Shown one piece after another: positions 21,001-33,375 of a DNA stretch of 64,000 nucleotides. A program made the position numbers and the translations under genes. This DNA is from Folioceros fuciformis (lineage: Eukaryota). The notes under the pieces are model-generated. The model ran no database searches and was not told the DNA's origin. It was given only the letters and a program-made list of their open reading frames with translations. Positions within the stretch are counted from its first letter, which is position 1. The number at the start of each line of letters is the position of its first letter. Where the stretch lies: NCBI GenBank assembly GCA_049999805.1, contig JBNGIO010006281.1, positions 108,687 through 172,686 of the forward strand, in the 5' to 3' direction.

Positions 21001-24000
21001 GGTGCTTGTACTGAGTTGATGAGCATAATGCCCATTGTGGACACAAAGCCGAGCCCGCGGATAGCATTCATTTCCAGGATTCCGGGTTTGCCTCCCAGCC
21101 CCTTGAAGATGGTTCCAGCAACCAAACTGAGGATCAACACCTGCAGGTGAGGCAAGAAAGCGCATTTTTGAAGACGCGGTTGTGGGGCGAGCAGATGGAT
21201 GGCACGACCGTTATCTCGTTCCCCAAGGAAAGGGAGGGAGGCTGGTGCGTGATGCTACCTGCAACAGTCGGAGTTGAATAAGGATGGTGAGTCTTTTGGT
21301 AAGTTTGAGCTGGCGTTTGATTAGCGTCAGTGTGGATGGCCACCATCGTTGGACGTGCTCTTTAGAGAATTGGCCGTCCACCATCTCTTCCGCGTCCTCT
21401 GCATTCGACTGAAAGAAACGGGGGCACAGAATTTCATCATCGCTTGTCACGAGCATTCCTAGTCCTCCACTTCATCGGGCAGCACGATTAGCATTGGGCT
21501 GGAACCAGACCTGGGTTTCAAGTGTGCGTTGCAGTTGCAGACGAACATGACCTCGTGCATTGGAGAGAAGAGTGGACACCCTGGCGGCTTGGTTGGTCTG
21601 GTGGTCCTGTGACCCAAGAGCGAGGTACTCCATTCCGCCAGCTGGGCATGAGATGGCGGTCACCACATCCCCAACCTGAATGTTCCCTGTACTCTCGATC
21701 CCTCTGCTGTAGTCCACGTTACCGGACAGCTTGGCCACCACCACCTCTGTGCGGGACGAGAAAACAAGGCGATGGGGATGAGTCGGCAAGCAGACAGGCA
21801 GGCAGGCACATGAGCGATGGCAACCATACAATCGTCACCAAGGACAACATGATCACTGGATGGCCACGGCCACACTTGGGGATGCTAAACATACCGGGGC
21901 CGAAGAACAGTTTGGACGTGGAGCCATCGTCAAGGTGCTCGGCCCTCTCCGCCTTGCGCACAGAGAGACCCAAGTTTGGCTCGCTCTCCACCCAGAAGGT
22001 GTGCAACACCTCGTCGCTCGTCACGATCCGCATCACATCCCGACGGAGATCGGAGTCTCTGTAAGCCTTGACCAGGTCCTGGAGGTTGGGAACGGGCAGA
22101 CCGTCCTCCACGTACTGAGACCCCTCGCCCGCTGCGATCTCCTGAAGAAACTCCCCGGAATCCACGTGCGCGGGCTTCACAAAGCTGCAAGAGGCAACAA
22201 ACCCGATCACTCAGAGCCTGCTGTTGCTGTACAAGAAGTGGCGTGGCAAGTCACCCAGTAGCATGTCGCAATCTTGCAGTGTGCTCACCCGAGCTCCTCG
22301 AAGTAATGCAGCGCGTCCTGGCGGGGGCCCTGGTACAGGATCCTGCCCTCCCCGAGCAGGATGACTCGATCGAATAGGTGGAACACCTCCTGCGACGGCT
22401 GGACCAGCGACATGACCGCGGAGCACTGCTGGAACCTGCTGATGGCCCTCAGCGTGGACACCAGGTCGTAGGTGGCCAGCGACTCCTGCCCCGAGCACGG
22501 CTGGTCGTACAGCATCACGGCGTACGTCCCCATGGCGATCTCCGCCGTGGTGAGGCGGTTCCTGTCGTTGTCCGTGATCCCAGCCCCCGGGTTGCCCACA
22601 ATCTCGTTCTCGATGGCCTTGAGCCCCAACACATGCAGAATGTACTCCAGATACGGGTCCTGCCCCTCCACCAGCGCGTGAGCGAAGAACTTGCGCAGCT
22701 GCGGGGAGAAGTTCTTGGGCCGCAGGCCCTGGGTGCACTCCCCCGCGAATTCCAGCGTCTCTCGCACCGTCAGGCCCGCCAAATGCCTGCATCCATATCG
22801 TCCACCAGGGCCACTAGTCAGTGGCATTGGAATTGTTGCAAGTCTGCAGAGCGTTGCATCCGGCACACGGAAGATCGAGAGCGTCACTTGTTTAGCTGGC
22901 CGTTGATGTAGGCGATGAGGCGAGTGAGCACAACCTCGGACGCGTCCCGGTCGTTGTACTTCACCCAGCCCTCCAGCTTCACCGTCTTGCTGGTTTCCGC
23001 TCTCCCAGCAAGGACCTGCCAGACACGGCGTGGAACAACACCACAACGATCCCTTTCATCATCAACCACTGCGACAAGCACGCATGATATCGGCGAGCTC
23101 CAGGTGGCCAGCTGGCTCCATACGCGCACCTTGAGGAGGGACGTCTTGCCGCTCCCGGGAGGGCCCAGCAGGAGCGTCATGGAGCCGGGCATGATGTAGC
23201 CGTGGACGTCGTGGAGGATCTCGTAGGTGACAGCGGCCTTGGATCGGGCGCGGAGGAAGGGGTTGAGGAGGAGGCCGGCGGTGATGTTGTACACCTTGTT
23301 GCCGAAGGTCTGGAAGGCCTGCTCCGGCGGCAGCAGCTGCGCAGTGTAGCTGATGCCCCCGAAGCGCACCACCTGGCGGGGGACGGGCGGGGTGAGCCTG
23401 GCCACGTCCCGGAGGTAATTCACGATGCCGTCCTTCATGATGAACTCCATGCCCAGCAGCATCGGCTCCGCCATGATCATCAGGCTTCTGCCCTTGCTGT
23501 CCAGCTGGTCCCGGTCCCCGCCTCCCCCGCCATGGGGGTGCAAGCGCTGGAACGCCATCTCCGCGTCCGCCAGCATTCCTTTCTGCTTCAGCAGCCGGTA
23601 CATTTGCAGCGCCACGTCCTGCACATTCTCCGTCGCCGCATTCGCCAGCTTCCGCGCCACGTCCGGGGTCTGGGAGCCCTGCAGACCGGGCAGCCTTGCC
23701 CGGGTCATGGGCGTCTCGCTTCCCCGCACCGGCACCACGAACACCTGCAGACCAGCAGCAGCTCAAGGCAAGGATTACGAGGCGCCTCACTCTCACATTA
23801 TCAACAATGCGGGAACGTCTCAACAAAGAAAGACGCAGCAACCGAGCCCGCACCTGGTCCTGGTGCGGAGTCTGGGTGGAGGGGAACTCCAATCCGTCGA
23901 ACCCCTCGGATCTGGGAGAGGGCTGGAAGCTGAAGCCGAAGGCGACGTTGTCCACCGACGCAGGGTCGAAGGTGTCCGTGCTCATATTGTTGTAGAAGCT

Positions 24001-24162
24001 GTACCCGTTGCCGCTGGCGCTGACGCTGAAGCTGGGTACATCGACCCCGTCACCGTCTTCCAGCACCACGGCGTGCTCGCCCTGCCACCAGATAGGCTTC
24101 GCCGCCGGCTTGGACCGGAAATGGAGCGGCGAGCGCATCCACCTGCCCCGCGGACTGGCCAT
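18093..24162 (-). CDS. ABCG: Full-size ABCG (PDR-type, NBD-TMD-NBD-TMD) protein with a PDZ-like insert; exons 24162-23854, 23744-23130, 23015-22888, 22786-22289, 22184-21895, 21746-21511, 21408-21259, 21140-20886, 20799-20625, 20500-18093
   Basis: Walker A1 MTLLLGPPGSGKTSLL, LTVRETLEFA, YQGPRQ...YFEELGF, TMD1 QRPIFYKQ, NBD2 ITIAVELAANPSVLFLDEPTSG, TMD2 RLAYFRER. All introns are GT-AG and frame-consistent by manual splicing. Start codon uncertain. Confidence 0.92.
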
Positions 24163-24687
24163 GGCCGAGACCGAGGAATTGGAGACGACTCGAAGCGGCT
24201 TTGCCACGGCGTGAGTCCTGTTTCCGGATCCGACTCCGCTCCTTCCTACCTGCTCCTAGCCTACATGCATGGTTCTTGACCAGTTAAAATAGCTGTTCTG
24301 ATGCAACTCCGGGACCGGGAGCTGGACTAGAGCATTTGCCATGGACGTTGGATCCTGGCTGCCAAGCCTATGTACTGGACGGTCCAGGATCCCAGTAGAA
24401 GAGGGGCAGGGTGGAACCGAATCCGGGCGAACGTGGGGTGTCGGATCTCGACCGGCGGAGTGTGGTGGTGCCACTGGGGAATCGAAAAGCGCAAGGCCGG
24501 CTGCTCCACGCGGCGGCAGCCGGCTCCATGGCAGCTTGCCGCCAAGTGGCGCCTTGGTGAATTCCGGGTAGTAGGGGAGAGGAACGGCCGATGCAACTGC
24601 ACAGTCCAAGGAAGACGGGGGCGGGCGTACTGTGTAGGTTAGAGGGGGAAGGCAGCAGCAGCCGACCCGACCCGACCCGACAGGACG

Positions 24688-27049
24688 ATGGGGAGCCTTG
24701 CCTTTGCTCCTGGGGCACCATCAACCGGGGCGGGCCGATTCCGATTCCGATTTCGATTCCTGCCCTCTCGGCCCCGCCCCTGTCGTACCTGGCGGCTGTG
24801 CCGTGTCGGTGCCACCCCGGCGCGAGCTGCCACGTCGGCGGAGCCATTGATGCGTCTCCTGCGGCACAATCACAATGCGGTCGCCTCTGGTGGATGCTCT
24901 CCGGAGGACGCCCTGCGGCGGGGCCGCTGGGTGAAGCTCATTTGTGGGGCGAGCCTTGAGGTAGGAAGGAGGGTAGACTGCTTTTCCTTTCCTGACCTTT
25001 GCATTGGGGGGTTGGGCATTGAGAGTTCGGTTGGTGGAGCAGGATGTGGCACAAGTGCGGAATCTGGCTCTGGTTTACACGCTTGCCGGAGGTCAGTATT
25101 CCGTGTTAGGAGCAAGAGTGGTGAAAAAGGGCGGGGGATGGCTGATGATGGGGTGGTGTGGTGTGGTTGGCAGTGGACTGCATCGACTGTGCTGCCGACC
25201 CTGCTGTGGTGAATGCGGTGGTGGAGGGTGTGGAGGTGGCAACCCATTTGGCATCTGCTTGTGCTGCTCTGGACTGGCTCAAGCCATGGCTCATGGTGAG
25301 CATCAATGATGACCGAGATCCCCATTTTCGAAAAGCCGGTGAGTCCGTCTTGCATTATGCCTCATCCCAACCATGTCCACGGCATGTGCTCAATCACAGC
25401 TTTTCATGCGGGTGATGTAGAATTCGATGCCGACCGATGCCCTGTCGACTGCCCCCGCCCTTGCGAGCGGGTGTGTCCTGCTTCCGCTATAACCTTCGGC
25501 CACCAGAGGGTTCGTGCTCCTGCTCCTGCCTCTTTTCTCAATTCATTGTTCCTCTTGCACATTACCCAACACGACCCTTGGGATTGCGTCGGCACACAGG
25601 AAGGTGTTATCACCGAAAGATGCTATGGGTGCGGAAGGTGCCTGCCAGTTTGCCCCTTTTCCATGATCCGTAAGTTTGTCCATGCCCCATGTCAGCCCTC
25701 GAGTAGATCGTGGCCACAGTCCACTACAAGGAGGATAACCCTCAAGCCCTGTATCCCCAGGAGCAAATACCTACATCAGGGGATTGGACACGGTCCTTGA
25801 GCTTCTTAGCAGCAAACATGTCGACGCTGTCGAGATTCACACAGGAGAAGGGTAGCTTTTCGTTCCCTTAGTTGCTTTGCCTTCCAGGATGTTCCCTCCA
25901 CCACCTCTCCTGCCCAGCCCACCATATCCGTTTGTATCTGTTGTGCAGCCACTTGGAAGCTTTTGCAAAGCTGTGGACGAGTTTGGCAGGGGCTGTGCAA
26001 CAACTGAAGCTCGTGGCTGTTAGTTCTCGTTCTGTTCTTCCTTTGTCGCTCGGCTATACACCCTTCTCGTTTTCAGACCAGAACAAATGAAATGAATGTT
26101 TGCCATTGTTTTGCTTGCAGGTGAGTGTACCTGACCTACGCGAATCCATGATTCCGAGCTTGGCAGCTATGTACATGATCATGCAACCCTCTTTGAGAAG
26201 CTTGAATTTGTGGCAGGTCCCAGTTCCCTTCATTTGGGCATACAGTATCCAACGGCCTCGCATTGCTTTCCTTTGCTTTGCCTTGCTGCCTCTTGCACTA
26301 ATCACTTCACCGTGTCTTGTCTCACTGCAGCTGGATGGACGGCCTATGAGCGGAGACATAGGTGCAGGTGCCACACGGGCTGCAGTGGCACTTGCTGCTC
26401 GTGTGGCTTCCTCGTTAGATCGGCCTCCCGGTAACACCTTTCTCACTTGCGTTTGACAGGGAATGAACTGTTTGCTACTATTCTGCTGACGGGACCTCGC
26501 TTCGTTCTCTGTCCAGGCTTTCTTCAGCTCGCTGGTGGAACCAATGCTTACACACTGGAAGCCTTGAGGAAGGCTGGTTTCTACACGGATAGTAAGCCAC
26601 ACTGACTGCCCGTGCACAAGTGATTTTTTCGGCAAACAAAGGTCACGCTTCAGAACCACTTATTTCGAAACTAACGCACACAGCCTGTTGCTGCTGCAGT
26701 CACAGCTGCGTTCGAAAGGGAAGTAGGCATAGCTGGTGTAGCTTATGGCGGGTATGCCCGAAAGGTACAGTCTCTTTTCCAGTCAAGCTGTGCTCCTTTG
26801 TCCCGTGCCTGCTGGGTACCATGGACCTCATGCACTCCTGGTAATACTGCTCTGTAGATAGTGAGTAAATACCTTGCCGAGATAGAGAGAGGTGTGCAAA
26901 GCGAGCAAGACACAAAGAAGCCCATGCCTCGACTCCGGTTGGAATGTCATCCAACCCTTCTCTTCGAAGCCGTGAAGCAAGCCAGTGCCCTCGTGCAACC
27001 TAGCAAATCCGGAACATGGACTACAGTCCGAGAGACAGATATAGCTTAA
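24688..27049 (+). CDS. ldpA: LdpA-like 4Fe-4S ferredoxin-domain protein, probably plastid-targeted, multi-exon
   Basis: WVKLICGAS, VYTLAG-DCIDCAADPAVV, PWLMVSINDDRDPHFRKA, CPVDCPRPCERVCPA, CYGCGRCLPVCP, QLDGRPMSGDIG, QLAGGTN, GVAYGGYA. The Arg/Ser/Ala-rich N-terminus resembles a transit peptide. Confidence 0.88.
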
Positions 27050-27112
27050 GGATATTCTACAGTGGACAGGTGTCGCCGGCTAAAACTGGAGGCATCCTCC
27101 GATTGCGCACTG

Positions 27113-28782
27113 TCAAACCATGGTTTTTGGGCCGCCAATCTCCTTTCTTGAATGCTTGAATTCGTTCGGCAGCTCGTGCTCCACGAGCTCTTTCGCCCCT
27201 TCAACTAAACTCCTTACGACAGCTGCGGCGGACTCGATGCTCTTGATTCGCCCAACACCAGTTCCAGCGTACATACACATGCTCATGATATCACCCTTGG
27301 CCATCACATTGGGAACCTTCCCCGAAAACCGTGGAACGGACTCATCCTGCTTGAGAAGTGTGAGCCATTAGCAAACGGTGTCGGGATCGTGGTGCTTGCC
27401 CGCGTGGGTACACATGACATACATCCACGGTGCATAGTGAATGATCATTTTGAGCATGATGGAAGAGGATGACGAACGAAGTAGCACACGAGCACTTGCG
27501 GCTTTGTTACCTTCTCGTATACTGTCGTTGAGCCTACAATGGGCTGATTCAGCTCAGTCGTCTGGTCAGTGACCTTGTGCTTCCATTCTTCGAAGAAAGC
27601 TGTTCGCAAAACTCGCTGAGGAGCCCCAGGCCATCGTGCTCGGCCGTAAATATTCGTATATTCTGTGCTTGAATCAGCAGCGTCAACGAGCGCTCTTTTG
27701 TACACAGGATGCGCATAAGCCTCGAACGTGGCCACAAACCTGTCCCGTGCAGAGCGGCACAAGGTCATACCCACTTCCAGTAGCCTCAGAATACACATCG
27801 GCATCAACAGCAAAGGTTGGATACAAGACTCACCGGGTTCCAAGACACACACCCTGGGCACCAAGAGCCACAGCAGCAACATATCCCCGAGCGTCCACGA
27901 TGCCCCCAGCAGCCACCACCGGAATGCCAAACGATTTCACAGCATCCACAACACTGGGGAGGAGCTCAAACATGGAAACCTGGCACGCATCAGACAGTCC
28001 TTGTCACAGCCTTGTACATTACTGCAAACAAGACTCACTGTCAAGCTACCTTCCCGCAGACATGTCCTCCAGCTTCAAGGCTTTGCGCAATGATGGCATC
28101 AACACCTGCTTCAGCCGCTCTTATGGCCTCTTCCACTGAGCCAACCTGCATGAGAGAACACAGCAAAATGCTCACGCCAAGTAGCTCTCCTCTGCACATA
28201 AACTTCGAGCATCACTACCATGTTTCCAAACACGTGTTCTCTTTACGAGCACGTCATCAATGTATACCTGATGAACTACTTTCACACCTGCCCGATGAGC
28301 TTTCTCGACAAGTGGCTTTGGAAATTCACCCCAGGAGATGTGCAACACGGCAACCTCCTCGTGCAATGCAGCCTTCAGATTCCGCTCATGAGGAAACGCC
28401 AGAATGATGCCGATTCCGAAAGGCTTATCGGTTTGCCTCCTGGTTTTGCGAATAAGGTCCTGAACCAGCTCTGGATTGTCCTAAATTCCGTTCAACCACG
28501 AGAAGACTAGACGTCAGAAAAATCTGAACAAAGCTCCCAATTCTAACATCTGCGAGCTCGACTTCCATCTTTCCCATCCATATTTCCCCCGATGCGCTGG
28601 AATGCTCGTTTCCAGCTGAAATCCCCATTCCTCAGACCACATGAACAGGAATTCAAGTAGACCTGATCTGGAGCTCGCAGAAAGCCTATACCACCGGCGC
28701 TGGAGACGGCAGCCACCAGCGTTGGCCCGCTGATATCAGGCCCCATAGGAGCCGACATGATTGGATACTGAGCTCCAAACAT
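27113..28782 (-). CDS. Nitronate monooxygenase (2-nitropropane dioxygenase) family flavoprotein, multi-exon
   Basis: MFGAQYPIMSAPMGPDISGPTLVAAVSSAGGIG, AGVDAIIAQSLEAGGH, PVVAAGGIVD, ARWPGAPQRVLRT, MCMYAGTGVG. Confidence 0.9.
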
Positions 28783-29186
28783 TTTCCGGCTCAGGCGCAC
28801 TGCTCGGGGAAGGAAATCAGCACGTTCCTCGACAAATCGCTTCTTCCCGAGCGGGAGCACTCTTCCCTCCGGCCGCCTGCTCTGCTCCGCTCTGCACAAC
28901 GGCAGCTCCTGAACCGAATACCGGAGTGTGGGCCGCAGCAAAGCAGTGACACTTGGCGCCTTCAAATTCGCTGTATGAAAAGGGGCGCACTGGCTCCTCG
29001 TTCCGGGATTAGGGCTTTACAGGGATCGTTGAGAGCCTGAGCAGATATCAACTGCTTGTCGCTGAATTCGGTAGAAATTGGAAGACTTCCCAAGGTGGTT
29101 CATCGTATGTATTTTGAATTGCCAAGGGATACATATATATTTGAGCTAGTGAATCAGAGGGTGTGTCCACGACGTGTTTTGTCATC

Positions 29187-32100
29187 ATGCTTGCCGCCTT
29201 GTCTTGGATTCCCAAGGGGGCTGCCAAGAGCGTGCCAGTGGAGGCGGAGCCTAACGCTGAGGAACTGCAGGCCATTCTGCAGGCCGAAGGCCAGGAGAAC
29301 ATTGATGCTAGGTGCAACTCTGACAAGAAAGCCTTCGATTTTAGTAGTTTTGACGGTTCGGGGGATGTGACTGTGGAGTCTGCGTGAATGCAGTGCTGAC
29401 ATAGACGAGGACGAGAATTTTGAGGATGCAGATGAAGAGGAACGCGCTGAGAGCAGTAAACGTAATGACAGTGTAAGAAGGGCTGTACAAGCTGCTAGGG
29501 CTCTGGGAACCAGTTTTGGCAAGAATGGATTGGATGAGCTCTCGGAAGGGCTTGCTGAGCTGGATATGGATCATTACGATGATGAAGATGGAGGTGGGCA
29601 GGCGTTGTTCTTGCGGCAACAGAGCTTTTTTGTGAACCTTGTGAACTGCAGCGCACTTTCTGATCTCACGGATTTTACCGATTGTTAAGTGGAGTGATCC
29701 GTGGCGTGGGTGCCGGGCATGATGCAGCAATTGACCTGTTCGGCAATGGAGGGCTTGGATCGACTTTTTATGCAAGCAACAAAGATGACCCTTATTTGCT
29801 CGACAAAGATGTATTGCCCTCATTTTCTTACCACCTCAGTAGTGATTTTGTTTTTCTGGCATCTTTCAGCCGTTTCCAGCTGGCTGTTGTCTCTCTGGAT
29901 CGTAGGATGATGACGACGATGAGATAGAGGACTTGACATTGAAGCCAACTGATCTCCTTATTGTTACTGCACGGAATGAAGATGATGTCAGTTTGATAGA
30001 GGTATTGCTGTGTGCCTACAATTTCCGATGAAGCTTGGCTTTTTGGGCATTTTTTTCACCATGGTTTTGATTGGGCTTAGGATATGGGCAGGTTTGGGTA
30101 TATGAGGCAGGAACAGATAATGATCCAGAGACCAACTTGTATGTCCATCATGACATCATGTTACCCGCTTTCCCCCTCTCCCTTGCATGGATGAACTTTA
30201 ATGTCGCCAATGGTGATGAAGGTAGGTTGGGTCGGGCATCTAGAATCATCTTACTGTGATCACCGAGTTTACAGCTGCCAATTGTCCTCATGGCTAATGT
30301 GATCTTGTTCCAGGGAACTTTGTTGCTGTTGGAACAATGCTGCCCCAGATCGAAATTTGGGATCTAGACGTGGTACGTTCCATAAACTGGTGCCTGGTTG
30401 TGTCTTTTGAGTAAGATAAGCTGGGGCTTTATTATCTTCTAGCACCTATCAGCGGCTTCGCTCTTGGGCTCCTGTCCCTCGTATCTAGACATGAAGATTT
30501 GTCACTTTATACAGCTTGACGAGGTGGAACCCGCGGCTGTGTTGGGTGGTCAAGTTGACGCCAAGTCGAAAAAAAAGAAAAAGAAGAAAAAGGTAATGCT
30601 TTTTCGTTATTGAGCTCCTCGGATTTCACCTGAGTGCTGCCATCTCTCAATGAGGAATGTCTGTTGTTGCAGGAGATGAAGCTCAAGGAAGGCAGCCATA
30701 CAGATGCAGTTCTTGGGCTGTCATGGAATCCGGAGTATCGGTAGGTATCCTGACTAGCTTCGGGGTACACCTGTGGGATTGCGTTCAGTCATATTCATAG
30801 TAATTTGTGCTCCTGTTTTTTGGATTGAACAATCATAGCTGTTTTATTGCACTTGTTGCTGAAAAAGTGGCTTTCTTCAGAAATGTTCTAGCAAGTGCGA
30901 GTGCAGATACATCCGTTAAGATTTGGGACATAGCCGTCCAGAAGTGTGCACATACGCTGCAAATTCATAATGACAAGGTGTGCATTATCATCGGTTTCCA
31001 CATGCCAAGTAGAAACAAAGAAGTTTTGCTAGCTTCTTCATTTGGTGTATGTTGGGTCACCTTTGCTCTGTCTGTGGTTTACACGTCTGTGCTTGCGTTT
31101 TCAGGTTCAGGCTGTTGCTTGGAATCAGAACGACAAAATGATTCTTCTCAGTGGTTCCTTCGATCACACAGTGGCTGTGGTATGCTCAGCAGTAAACTGT
31201 TGAAAGTGTTGAGCAAGACGTGCGTCAGTTTACTGTTCTGAGTTGTTGTTTTGCCACCCGACAATGTAGTAACTCTTGTAAAATTTTGCCCCAACAGGCA
31301 GATATGAGGACCCCTTCTCTTGGAGCTCCGAGGTGGAGTGTCTCTGCTGATGTGGAGAGCGTCGCTTGGAATCCCCACTCCTCCTATCAATTTCTGGTAG
31401 TTATTCCTTTTACCATGTCTGGCAGAAGTAGGAAGGTTTGTATGGTCACCCGTTCTTAACCTTGCTTAGTTTGTCATTCTGGGTGCAGGTCAGCCTAGAT
31501 AACGGCCTGGTCACTTGTCATGATAGTCGTAAGGGGGCACTGTCATCCCAGGCTCCTGCAACCGATTCTGTCTATACAATTCATGCACATGATAAAGCTG
31601 TGTGCAGCATCTCTTACAATCTCTCAGTCAAGAATGTAACCTCTGGACCTTATGCTTTCCAAGATGCGTGACTAGTTCAATGTTTTCAGCTGTTTCCAAG
31701 ATAACTAATAGTTTTTCTGATTGCAGCTACTTGCTACTGCGTCTTCTGACAAAACGGTGAGAGCTGTGACTCGTCTTTCCCTTTAGTGTATCTTTGCAAT
31801 TTGGTGTCCTAAAAGAGTAGTGACAAGGCAATGTCCTTGGTTAAGCAAGGGAGAAGCGATGGTTGTTTGGAAACATATAGTCGTTTGACTTAGGTCCTAT
31901 GTGCAGGTTAAGCTGTGGGATACCACCGGGAACCAACCATCTTGCATCGTTACGACAAATCCGAAAGTGGTACGCCCGAGTAGGTGATTAGGTCGTATTG
32001 AATGAGAGTCTCGTCTCAGGAGTAAAATTCTAAATCTGGTGACGGTGTGTTGTCCAGGGAGCCATTTTCACATCGGCTTTTTGCCAGAGTTCTCCATTTC

Positions 32101-32282
32101 TACTAGCACTCGGAGGCTCCAAGGGTACTTTGCAGGTAAGCGACAGTCTTGAGGATGTGCTTCCGTGGACGATGGGAGAGTCCCGCTGAATCCTGTTGTT
32201 CGTCATCTGTGTGCAGATATGGGATACGTTGGAAAATTCAGAAGTGCGCCAAAGGTTTGGCAAAGCTGCTCATTCGCAGTAA
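29187..32282 (+). CDS. PWP1: Periodic tryptophan protein 1 (WD40, ribosome biogenesis), many small exons
   Basis: MLAALSWIPKG, ELDMDHYDDED, NLYVHHDIMLPAFPL, VAVGTM-PQIEIWDLDV, HTDAVLGLSWN, LASASADTSVKIWD; last exon IWDTLENSEVRQRFG...TAA at 32280-32282. Confidence 0.93.
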
Positions 32283-33375
32283 AGACGTTTGAGTTACCGC
32301 ACAAGACAGGTGTTCACACACATATGTACTTTGGAAACTGTAACCGGACGACAACTGTAAACTTGTTGCCATTTTGGTTCTCTTTACGTCGCGATCTGGA
32401 GCCAGGTTGGTGGCCTCTCCACTGAAAATAGTGCGGTGGAGGGCATATCCGATCCATGTCCTGCTATGATGGTAGGCACTTCCGCAGGCACTTGAAGGCC
32501 GAATGAGCACATACAGCTGAGCCGCCGATGGTACAGTGTGCAGCCATCGGAACTGTTTGCCAGTGTGGGTGCAACGAAAATAGCAACGTATGCATATAGT
32601 GGCCACGGTGCACCTGTTTTCCCCGTTCACAAGAACGTACCATGACAGTCGGTTGCAGTGTCATGTCAATGTCACTCCTGTTCAGCCGTTCACGAGCTTT
32701 ATCGTCTAACTCTAGCTGATGCTATTACTCATGTCCAATCACGGTGTTGTTTATGATCACCTTGACATAAGCGGGTCGCTTTACAACAATACCGAAGACC
32801 GACGTCAGGAATGGACCATCCGAGGCGTGGACACAGAGACATTTGGTAGCAGGCAGCCACTCGCACAAGCAGTCAGAGCGAAACATTGGAGGCACGAAGT
32901 TCACCAACTGCTTTTTTTTTCTTTTTAATTCCTGACAGGGAGAATACAGACAGAACAGGAAGGGAAAGCCACCCATGTTACAGCCAAGGGGAAAGCCCAG
33001 CGCGCATAACGATGACAGAATAGAAATGAAAGAGGACAAGATTCGTAGATCCATAAAAATTAGCTCAAGAAGAGCGAATACCTAGCCTGCTACCAATGCT
33101 AGAAGTCTACGACGAAACATCCCAGGACACACCCTCGCCATGAGCGTTATTGCAAAGCGTGAAGAAGATCGTTCCACAACAGGAAATGCGTGGCATGCGC
33201 CTCCTGCGTCACAGCACAAGGTGACAAACAGTTTGTTAGGACGGCGCGCCTGGGGACAAAAATTCAGTTTGCTCGACCAGTCGACAGCGAGATGAAGAAC
33301 CGGAAGCGCTTGAGCTTTGGAAAAAATTGATGGTGCACCTCATGTGTGTATAGTACATGATACGTTGGTCCATGA

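Noticed and set aside
24256-24609. Upstream ORF in frame with the ABCG, separated by one TAG
   Set aside because: It cannot be distinguished from chance in GC-rich DNA, and there is no evidence for readthrough or a supporting intron.
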